From Bacteroidales bacterium (GTDB lineage Bacteria > Bacteroidota > Bacteroidia > Bacteroidales > UBA12077): DNA of 64,000 nt. The position numbers were made by a program, and so were the translations under genes. Shown here piece by piece: positions 10,604 through 18,616 of this stretch (positions are counted from its first letter, which is position 1; each line of letters opens with the position of its first letter). Where the stretch lies: positions 13,828 to 77,827 of the forward strand of contig JBFXEQ010000012.1 in assembly GCA_050179935.1 (NCBI GenBank), written 5' to 3'. Below the pieces are notes generated by a model. It did no database searches. It saw only the letters and a list, made by a program, of their open reading frames with translations, and was not told the DNA's origin.

Positions 10604-10680
10604 TTTATACACTTCAACAAGCTTAGTGCGACATGTAGATTGTTAGATTGTTATTCATTTCACCTGCCGAACAGGCAACT
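10571..10680 (+). repeat. Copy A of a ~105-nt intergenic repeat (terminator hairpin plus ~75-nt tail)
   Basis: Hand alignment to the reverse complement of 54385-54487 gives an identical stem (AGAGGCT/AGCCTCT). The segment GTTTATACACTTCAACAAGCTTAGTGCGACAT matches GTATTCACATTTCGACAAGCTCATTGTGACAT at 24/32. Overall identity is roughly 70 percent. Confidence 0.65.
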
Positions 10681-10718
10681 TCTGTTATTTTAAGATAAAC
10701 TCATTTTAATGAGAATAA

Positions 10719-13028
10719 TTATTTTTTATGAAAGTCAGTTATGTTATTCGAAATCTTTAGAATCTTGTATATTTCACCCTCAGAGTTTCTAATAGGAGTA
10801 TATGTTTCGGCAAAAATAAACTGTTTACCTTTAATACTTATTTTAGTTGTTTCTTTTCGCACCTTTCCTGTTCTTAAATCCTTCCAGAATTTATCATAAT
10901 CGTCTTGTTGCTGTTCGGTAAATTCAATATTTCCAGAGTGATGTGTACCTAGAACTTCGTTTTTGTTCATTCCGATTAGCGAAAGGTAATTATCGTTTAC
11001 ATTTTGAATATATCCCTCGGTGTCGTATTCAATAACATAACTTGAAGTATTTAACGCTTCAATTAATCCTTCCATTTCAGCACTTTTACGGGCTGATTCT
11101 TCTTGTGTGGCTTGTAGTTCTTCCATGTTCTGACGTACCTCTTCTTCCTGAGCTGCCATTTCCTCTGCTTGCTGCTGCGATCTTTCAAGCAGTTCGGTAG
11201 TTCTGATACTAATTCGTACCGCAGATAATGTAGATGCAATACTTTCTGCTAATTTCTCAACAAATTCTATCTCATGCTTTTTAAAAACATTAAACGAGGC
11301 TAATTCGAGAACTCCAAGTACTGTTTCTTCTAATTTTAGGGGAACAATCAATAGGCAATTTGGATTCGCGCCACCAAGACCCGATGTTATTTCGATATAA
11401 TCCTGTGGCAGAGAGGTCATAAAAACAGTTTTTTTCTCAACCGCACATGTACCAACAAGTCCTTCGCCTAAATCGATGGTTTTTTGTAAAAATTTACGTC
11501 GGTCAAAAGCAAATGCAGAAAGCATCGATAAAAATACATGTTCCTTATCGTCGTCGTTTAAAATAAATACACCCCCTTGATTTGCATTGAGATAATTAAC
11601 TAGGTTCATAATTATTTCAGTAGCAAGGGTTTCAAGATTATCGTTGTTTTGTCTTAGAATGTCAGCAAATTTTGCAAGTCCTTCGTTTGCCCATTGACGA
11701 TTGTTATCTTCCATTTTTCTCTTTTCTTCCTCTTCACGGGCTTTTACAAGACTATTTCTCATCTCAATCAGCGATTTTCCAAGTACATCGTCATCGCTCA
11801 ATAATACAAATTCGTGATTTAAATTTCCTTGTCCAATATTGTTGGCAAAATCAACTTTATTATTCAATCCTTCGATTGATTTATTTAGGGCTAAGGCCAT
11901 TTCCTCAATTTCATCTCCCGAGGAGATTTCAATTCGCATTTTTTCATCAATATGCCCTTTGGCAACAAGGTTTAAGAGTTTTGTAATTTTGGTTATTGGA
12001 TTAGTAATATTTCTTCCGATAAAATATATTACAATAATCATTATGAGTATTCCTGCAATACCAACAAGAATAGATATTCTAAAGCTTCTATTGGCTTTTG
12101 TCATTATTTCGGCTACAGGCACTGCAACAGCTATTGACCATGGGTTTATGGTATGTTTTACCAGAATGGGTGCATAGGAATAATACGTTGGAACACCATT
12201 AGCATCATTGCTTATATAGTTAAAACTCTCGCCTTTTGTAATCTTTTCTGAAACCTTAAACTGCTTCTCGTCTTGTGGAAATACTTCTTCGAATTTTTGG
12301 TTGAGCAAATCAGTTTGGTGATGACCTGCAATTACCGATTTATTTGAAAGCAAAAAGGCATAACTACCATTAAATGGTTTGATGCTTTCAATTATTTTTT
12401 GAAACTCCTCTAAGGTTATATCTATTGCAACTACACCAGCAAATTGATTGTTTACAAGCATTGGTGATCTTAAGCTAAACATAAGATAGGATGCTGTTTT
12501 ATCGGCTGTAACAATATCGAAATAAGGCTCAGCAACAGATGGCACTAATAAAGATTTGGTTATAGTGTATAATGGAGGATCACCTGTCATACTTCTATAT
12601 TCTATGCTGTTTTTAATAGCTCCATTATCTCTCCAGTATGTATGGCAAATTCGTCCATAGGGTTTGTCATAGTTTTTATCAATAAAACCAAGCTCCCAGC
12701 TATCCCAAAGACCATAAATATGTGGATTATTTTTGAAAACATTAAAATAGATTTTATGCACTAAATCCTGCCACTCATCTTTCGGAAACTCTTTATAAAG
12801 ATAAAATGCATCGGTTAGTGTTTTAACAACCATCATATCGGCATCGAGCTGTGCTTTTATTTGTTTAGCGGCTTCCTGAACATGGGTGTTGGTTAGTTCT
12901 GTTGCATCGTTGTAAGCAATTTTACGAGCATTTAAACTGATATAACCAACAGCTATAATGTAAATTATGATAGTTGATGAGATAATAAACAGTTGTATCT
13001 TTTGTTGTATTTTAAGTTTGAGCTTCAT
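10719..13028 (-). CDS. Membrane sensor protein: TM, dCache-like periplasmic domain, TM, HAMP, GAF, Q/E-rich coiled coil, C-terminal PAS; no recognisable output domain
   Basis: 769 aa. TM helices lie near residues 10-32 and 315-337. A HAMP-like segment follows (NITNPITKITKLLNLVAKGHID...GDEIEEMALALN). The GAF-like region includes NANQGGVFILNDDD...GLVGTCAVEKKTVFMT. The PAS resembles MCP-associated PAS domains (HHSG...FWKDLRTGK...). It is the third of three tandem paralogs. Confidence 0.8.
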   Translation of the reverse strand: MKLKLKIQQKIQLFIISSTIIIYIIAVGYISLNARKIAYNDATELTNTHVQEAAKQIKAQLDADMMVVKTLTDAFYLYKEFPKDEWQDLVHKIYFNVFKNNPHIYGLWDSWELGFIDKNYDKPYGRICHTYWRDNGAIKNSIEYRSMTGDPPLYTITKSLLVPSVAEPYFDIVTADKTASYLMFSLRSPMLVNNQFAGVVAIDITLEEFQKIIESIKPFNGSYAFLLSNKSVIAGHHQTDLLNQKFEEVFPQDEKQFKVSEKITKGESFNYISNDANGVPTYYSYAPILVKHTINPWSIAVAVPVAEIMTKANRSFRISILVGIAGILIMIIVIYFIGRNITNPITKITKLLNLVAKGHIDEKMRIEISSGDEIEEMALALNKSIEGLNNKVDFANNIGQGNLNHEFVLLSDDDVLGKSLIEMRNSLVKAREEEEKRKMEDNNRQWANEGLAKFADILRQNNDNLETLATEIIMNLVNYLNANQGGVFILNDDDKEHVFLSMLSAFAFDRRKFLQKTIDLGEGLVGTCAVEKKTVFMTSLPQDYIEITSGLGGANPNCLLIVPLKLEETVLGVLELASFNVFKKHEIEFVEKLAESIASTLSAVRISIRTTELLERSQQQAEEMAAQEEEVRQNMEELQATQEESARKSAEMEGLIEALNTSSYVIEYDTEGYIQNVNDNYLSLIGMNKNEVLGTHHSGNIEFTEQQQDDYDKFWKDLRTGKVRKETTKISIKGKQFIFAETYTPIRNSEGEIYKILKISNNITDFHKK

Positions 13029-13055
13029 AGCTTTTATAATTTACTTTTACGATTC

Positions 13056-15362
13056 TTATTTAAAATCAGATAACTCATGAGAAATCTTTAAGATTTTTGT
13101 AACAGATCCGTTTTCATCAAACAAAGGCGAATAGATTTCGAAAAAGTGATATGTCTTTCCGTTCACGGTGGCCCTCGTTCTTTCTTTACGCGTTTTTCCA
13201 AGTCTTAAATCGGTCCAGAATTTATTGTACTCCGTTTTTTGCTGATCATCAAACTCCATTTTATCAGCATGATGAACGCCAATAATATCCGACCTTTTCA
13301 TATTTAAGAGGTTCAGATAATTATCATTTGCTTTAGTAATATATCCATCTAAATCATATTCGATAACATAGCTCGATTGGTCGAGTGCATGAATTAAGCT
13401 TTCCATTTCGGCTCCTTTTCGGGCTGCTTCTTCTTGGGTAGCTTGCAGTTCTTCCATATTTTGACGCATCTCCTCTTCCTGAGCAGCCATTTCTTCTGAT
13501 TGCTGCTGGAATTTCTCTAAAAGCTCATTGGTTTTAATGTTTATTTGAACCGATGAAAGTGTAGATGCAATATTTTGTCCCACTTTTTCGACAAAATCAA
13601 TCTGGTAATCTTCAAATTTTTTAAAGGAGGCTATTTCGATAACTCCATAAATTTTGTCTTCCATATTCAATGGTACAATAAGCAATGAATCGGGATTTGC
13701 TCCTCCCAGCCCAGAGGTTATTGAAATATAATCCTGTGGAATATCCGTCATGTAAATTGTTTCTCTTTCGATCGCGCATGTTCCCACAATTCCATCTCCA
13801 AGCTCTATAGTACGCTCAACAAATTTCTTAGAATCGTATGCAAAAGCCGAAATTAAATTAAGAAACTGGTGGTTTTTATCGTCATCGTTTAGCAAAAACA
13901 ATCCTCCCTGATTAGCATTAAGATAATAAACCAAATTTTTAATAATCTCATTCGATAATTTTTCTAAATCATTATTATTCTGCCTTAAAATATCAGCAAA
14001 TTTGGCTAATCCTTCATTTGTCCATCTGCGTTTTTCATCCTCTGTTTTTCGTTTTTCCTCTTCAGCACGGGCCTGAGTTAAGCTATTACGCATATTTATA
14101 AGGGCGATCCCTAATTCATCTTCATCACTAACAAGTTTAAAGTCATGATCGAGGTTTCCAAGTCCAATCTGATTTGCAAAGTCGGTTTTTTTGTTAAGTT
14201 CTATTATCGAAGTATTTAATGCTTTCGACATTTCCTCTATTTCATCGCCTGTATTAATATTAAATGCCATTTTAACACTGGTTTTTCCTTTAGCAAGAAG
14301 GTTAAGAAACTCGGTTATCTTCTGAATCGGATCAGAAATATTTTTAGTTATAAAATAAATAATTAATCCTAGAATTATTATTCCGCAGATACCAACCAAA
14401 ATCGAAATCATAAAATTTCGATCGGCCATAGCCATAATAGAATTGGTTGGAACGGACAAACCAATATACCAGGGAGTATTTGTTCGTCCGATTTTAATGG
14501 GAGCAAATGCTACAAAATGGGTTGAGTTTGCTTCATCTTTTGCAATAATTGAAAACTGTTCATCTTTTTCAAATGCATTTAACAAATCGAATTTTTCACC
14601 AGTTTTTAAAGTAAATTCAGCTGGTTGATTTAATAATTCAGTTTTAGGATGTCCTGCATATTTAGCTTCCTGGCTTAATAAAAATGCATACGAGCCTTCA
14701 AACTGTTTAAGCTTGATTTTTTCCACCATATCCTGAAATTTTTCAAGGATTAGATCTACTCCAACCATTCCATGATATTGATTATCAACGATAATTGGTG
14801 ACACAAGGCTTGTCATCAATTTAGTGTCTTCAAGTTCCTCGGTATAAACATCAAAATAAATGGGTAGTACTAATTCTTTTGCATGTTGTTTTATGTAGGC
14901 ATATACAGCTGGATCGCCATCAAGGCTTCTGATATCCTGTTTAAAGTGCACTACGCCATTAATGCGTGAGTAAACATTTGCAACTCTCCCGGTTGGTTTA
15001 GTCCAATTTTCGTCAAATTTATTTAGCTCCCAACTATCCCAGAGCTTATAAAACTCTGAGTTATCGCGATAAACCTTGTCGTACATTTTGTTAAACAACG
15101 GATCCCAAGTTTGTCTTGGCATGGTATTATAAATAGAAAATGCTTTTGCAAGAGTTCTTACTGTTGCAAAATACTCATTCATGTCTGATTGAATCTGAAA
15201 TGCATATTTTTCAACGTATGTATTTACAATCTCTACTGAATCATTATAAGCTGCTTTTTTTGCGTTTACACTGATATAACCAATTGCTATAACATAAATA
15301 GCAACCGAAGCAGTTATCAGATATAATTGCATTTTGTTTCTTAAATTGAGCTTAATCTTCAT
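13056..15362 (-). CDS. Membrane sensor protein, Cache-HAMP-GAF-coiled coil-PAS, no output domain (paralog 2)
   Basis: 768 aa, colinear with 10719-13028 and 15437-17731. It starts 27 nt upstream of the next paralog. Confidence 0.8.
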   Translation of the reverse strand: MKIKLNLRNKMQLYLITASVAIYVIAIGYISVNAKKAAYNDSVEIVNTYVEKYAFQIQSDMNEYFATVRTLAKAFSIYNTMPRQTWDPLFNKMYDKVYRDNSEFYKLWDSWELNKFDENWTKPTGRVANVYSRINGVVHFKQDIRSLDGDPAVYAYIKQHAKELVLPIYFDVYTEELEDTKLMTSLVSPIIVDNQYHGMVGVDLILEKFQDMVEKIKLKQFEGSYAFLLSQEAKYAGHPKTELLNQPAEFTLKTGEKFDLLNAFEKDEQFSIIAKDEANSTHFVAFAPIKIGRTNTPWYIGLSVPTNSIMAMADRNFMISILVGICGIIILGLIIYFITKNISDPIQKITEFLNLLAKGKTSVKMAFNINTGDEIEEMSKALNTSIIELNKKTDFANQIGLGNLDHDFKLVSDEDELGIALINMRNSLTQARAEEEKRKTEDEKRRWTNEGLAKFADILRQNNNDLEKLSNEIIKNLVYYLNANQGGLFLLNDDDKNHQFLNLISAFAYDSKKFVERTIELGDGIVGTCAIERETIYMTDIPQDYISITSGLGGANPDSLLIVPLNMEDKIYGVIEIASFKKFEDYQIDFVEKVGQNIASTLSSVQINIKTNELLEKFQQQSEEMAAQEEEMRQNMEELQATQEEAARKGAEMESLIHALDQSSYVIEYDLDGYITKANDNYLNLLNMKRSDIIGVHHADKMEFDDQQKTEYNKFWTDLRLGKTRKERTRATVNGKTYHFFEIYSPLFDENGSVTKILKISHELSDFK

Positions 15363-15436
15363 ATCTTTTTGTTTTTTTCATTTTCTTATTACTTCAAAAA
15401 TCTGTTATGAAACAAATTAATCCAAAATCTTGCTAA

Positions 15437-17731
15437 CTAAAACAAAATCGGATCAATGGCTAATAAAATTATTTTTTCAATTTCATCATTTACGTAAACC
15501 GGACTAATTGATACAATAAATTCAACTAATTTTCCTGATTTTAATTTAAGTCTCATTTTTTCGTGATGCGCCGATCCTGAATTTACTGATGTCCAGATTT
15601 TATGGAAATTAGTTTTATCTTGCTCTGAAATAAAGGCTGTATTTTTTAATCCTTTAATTTCGTTAACAGAATATTCAAATTTTTGTAAAAACTGATTATT
15701 GGCTAACAAAATATCCCCACTAAACGAAAATTCTGCTTTTAAAAGAAAATGATCAATAGCATCCAACGTACCTTTAAATTCGGCTTCTCGCCGAGCTGAT
15801 TCTTCTTGAGTTGCCTGGAGTTCTTCCATGTTTTGTCTCATTTCTTCCTCTTGTGCAGCCATTTCTTCTGATTGTTGTTGCGACTGCTCTAAAAGCTGTG
15901 ATGTTCGGATATTTATTCTAACCGACTTAAGGGTAGATGCGATACTTTCTGCTACTTTCTCGACAAATTCGATTTCATGTTTCTTAAAATCATTAAAAGA
16001 AGCTAGTTCAATTACACCCAACATATCTTTTTCAATAAGCATAGGTACTAATAACAAGCTGGTGGGATTTGAGCCCCCAAGTCCACTAGTTATTTTTACA
16101 TAATCTTCGGGTATTTCGGTAAGATGAATTGTTTCTTTTTCAACAGCACAAGCACCAACTAATCCCTCTCCAAGTTGAACTTGTTTTTTAATATATTTTT
16201 TACGGTTATATGCAAATGAAGCCAAAAGCTCTAGCATTACATTACTTCGGTCCTGATCATTAATTATAAATATGCCGCCCTGATTTGCATTAAGATAATA
16301 AATCAGGTTTCTGATAATTTCGTTTGCTAAAAGGTCAAGGTTGTTGTTGTTCTGACGAAGTATTTCGGCAAATTTAGCCAGTCCTTCATTTGACCATCTG
16401 CGCTTTTCATCTTCATGATGTCGTTTTTCATCTTCTTCCTCTGCTCTTAAAAGGCTATTTCGCATTTCAATTAATGACCTTCCAAGCACATCATCTTCGC
16501 TTAAAAGAGTAAAATCGGCATTAAGATTACCAGCACCTATATGATTGGCAAATTCAACCTTTTTATTTAAACCTATTATCGACTCATTAAGAGCTTCTGC
16601 CATTTCTTCGATTTCATCCCCCGAATTTAATTTTACCGCCATTTTTTTATCAATATGTCCTTTTGATAATAGATTAAGAAGACTGGTAATTTTTACTAAT
16701 GGATTAGTAATGTTTTTACTAATGATAAATATAATTATAATTAATAAAATAAGACCGAAAACACCTACAATGGCTGAAATCAGAAAATTTTTATTGGCTT
16801 CGGCCATAATTACATTTACCGGAACCGAAATAGCAACAGACCAGGGAGTGCCAGTGTTCCCAATAGTAATTGGCGCAAAGGTTATATAATGATCTTTACC
16901 ATTTGAATCTTGGGTTATAAAATTAACTCTTTCACCCTTGGTTATTTTTTTATTAACCTCCTCAATTTTTTTCTCAGTTGGAAATAACTCTGCAAGAGTT
17001 ATGTTAAGAAATGCCTTATTAGGATGTCCAGCAATTATGCCTTTGTTAGAAACTAAAAAAGCATAACTACCTTCAAAAGGTTTTATTTCTTCTACCATTT
17101 TTTGAAAACGGTCAAGAGTAATATCAATTGCAACAATTCCAACGTATTTACCTCCATCAAGAATGGGAGAGTTAATAGTTGTCATTAAGAATTTTTCAGA
17201 TTTATTTTCTGCAAAAACATCTTCGTATGGTTCCCAAATGGATGGTAAAACATGCTTTTTAATTTCAGCATAAAGAACCGGATCTCCATCCATACTGCGG
17301 TATTCAATATTGTTTTTAATTGATCCTTTATCTCTCCAGTATATTACAACAAATCTTCCGGTTGGTTTTTTATAGGTTGGATCAAAAACCTTTAATTCCC
17401 AGCTATCCCAAATACTATACATAGAAGGTGTAGTTCGGAAAATTTCGCCATACATTGCCGAAACAAGCTTTTGCCATTTATCCATGGGAAATTCTTTATA
17501 AACAACAAATGCTTTAGAGAGAGTATTAACAATATTAAAGTCGGTTTCGAGTTCAACCTTGACTTTTCCGGCTGATTCAAGAACAATATTATTAGTAAGA
17601 TTAATAGCATTTTCGTAGGCCATTTTTCTGGCACTTAAACTAATATAGCCAATGGCTATAATGTAAATAAGAATGGAGGACGTAATAATGAATAGCTGGA
17701 TTTTTTGCTGGATTTTGAGCTTTATTTTCAT
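15437..17731 (-). CDS. Membrane sensor protein, Cache-HAMP-GAF-coiled coil-PAS, no output domain (paralog 1, divergent C-terminal PAS)
   Basis: 764 aa. Its N-terminus MKIKLKIQQKIQLFII is nearly identical to that of 10719-13028. The C-terminal ~110 aa diverge from the other two copies. Confidence 0.8.
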   Translation of the reverse strand: MKIKLKIQQKIQLFIITSSILIYIIAIGYISLSARKMAYENAINLTNNIVLESAGKVKVELETDFNIVNTLSKAFVVYKEFPMDKWQKLVSAMYGEIFRTTPSMYSIWDSWELKVFDPTYKKPTGRFVVIYWRDKGSIKNNIEYRSMDGDPVLYAEIKKHVLPSIWEPYEDVFAENKSEKFLMTTINSPILDGGKYVGIVAIDITLDRFQKMVEEIKPFEGSYAFLVSNKGIIAGHPNKAFLNITLAELFPTEKKIEEVNKKITKGERVNFITQDSNGKDHYITFAPITIGNTGTPWSVAISVPVNVIMAEANKNFLISAIVGVFGLILLIIIIFIISKNITNPLVKITSLLNLLSKGHIDKKMAVKLNSGDEIEEMAEALNESIIGLNKKVEFANHIGAGNLNADFTLLSEDDVLGRSLIEMRNSLLRAEEEDEKRHHEDEKRRWSNEGLAKFAEILRQNNNNLDLLANEIIRNLIYYLNANQGGIFIINDQDRSNVMLELLASFAYNRKKYIKKQVQLGEGLVGACAVEKETIHLTEIPEDYVKITSGLGGSNPTSLLLVPMLIEKDMLGVIELASFNDFKKHEIEFVEKVAESIASTLKSVRINIRTSQLLEQSQQQSEEMAAQEEEMRQNMEELQATQEESARREAEFKGTLDAIDHFLLKAEFSFSGDILLANNQFLQKFEYSVNEIKGLKNTAFISEQDKTNFHKIWTSVNSGSAHHEKMRLKLKSGKLVEFIVSISPVYVNDEIEKIILLAIDPILF

Positions 17732-17896
17732 AGCCGAAATCTTAGTTTAAGGGTCATCATTATGAAACATAGAAAAAGAACAGATACCCCATTTTAATTA
17801 AAAAAACTATTTCCTCTGTTTCCTTTATAAAAACCTCTAAACTTACATTTTTTTGTGAAAAAATCAAACTATTAACCCGCAATTGTTTTATAGAGA

Positions 17897-18616
17897 TTAA
17901 TAAATATGGGTTGAATAAGTTTTTAATTCTTTTGATAACTGTTTGGGATTATTGACAAAACGAGCCATTAACTCCCAAAATTTAGGGCCATGATTTTTTT
18001 CAATGGTATGGCATAATTCATGAATTATAATATAATCAACCAAATGATCTGGCAGTCGAATTAAATGAATGTTAAGATTGATATTGTTTTTACCAGAACA
18101 ACTGCCCCAATTGGTTTTATTGTTTTTTAAAAACAACTTATTGTATTTGAAACCATATTTGATTGAAAAAGTTTTTATCCTATCAGGCAAATATTCTTTT
18201 GCTTCAACCTTAATTGCCCAGAGCAGTGATTTTCGAATTAAATCCTGTATATTTTTTTGAGAAACAGAATGTTCTTTTGGATAATTTAGCTCAATTGTGG
18301 TTGGTGTTAATTGGGCAGTAAATTTTTCATTGTTGTGGCTTTTAATAAGCAGAATCCTTTTTCGGGTTTTAAAAACAGTTGTTTCTGAAAAAACGGTTGA
18401 ATTGGTTTCTAGTTTTTTTATTTTCGGCAAGTTTTTTTCTATCCATTCTCTTCTTAGCTCTACAATTCGTTGAGCCTCCCAATAGGACAAAAAAAGTGGC
18501 ATATTTACAGTTATCCCTTTTAAGGGACGAATAGAAATAGTAACAGCTTTTGATCGTTTGTTTTTTTTAAACCTCACCGGGCCAATTCCTTCAACCGGAA
18601 TAATCTTTTCTGTCAT
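17897..18616 (-). CDS. M48-family / YgjP-like (DUF45) zinc metallopeptidase
   Basis: 239 aa. HELCHTIEKNHGPKFWELM is the YgjP-type HExxH...FW motif. Its ATG overlaps the upstream kinase stop (ATGA at 18613-18616). Confidence 0.8.
   Translation of the reverse strand: MTEKIIPVEGIGPVRFKKNKRSKAVTISIRPLKGITVNMPLFLSYWEAQRIVELRREWIEKNLPKIKKLETNSTVFSETTVFKTRKRILLIKSHNNEKFTAQLTPTTIELNYPKEHSVSQKNIQDLIRKSLLWAIKVEAKEYLPDRIKTFSIKYGFKYNKLFLKNNKTNWGSCSGKNNINLNIHLIRLPDHLVDYIIIHELCHTIEKNHGPKFWELMARFVNNPKQLSKELKTYSTHIY

Noticed and set aside
11070-15895. The Q/E-rich heptads (AAQEEE, ATQEES), considered as CheR/CheB methylation sites of MCP-like receptors.
   Set aside because: The proteins lack the MCP signalling hairpin domain. 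No che genes are in the window, and the motif fit to the methylation consensus is poor.
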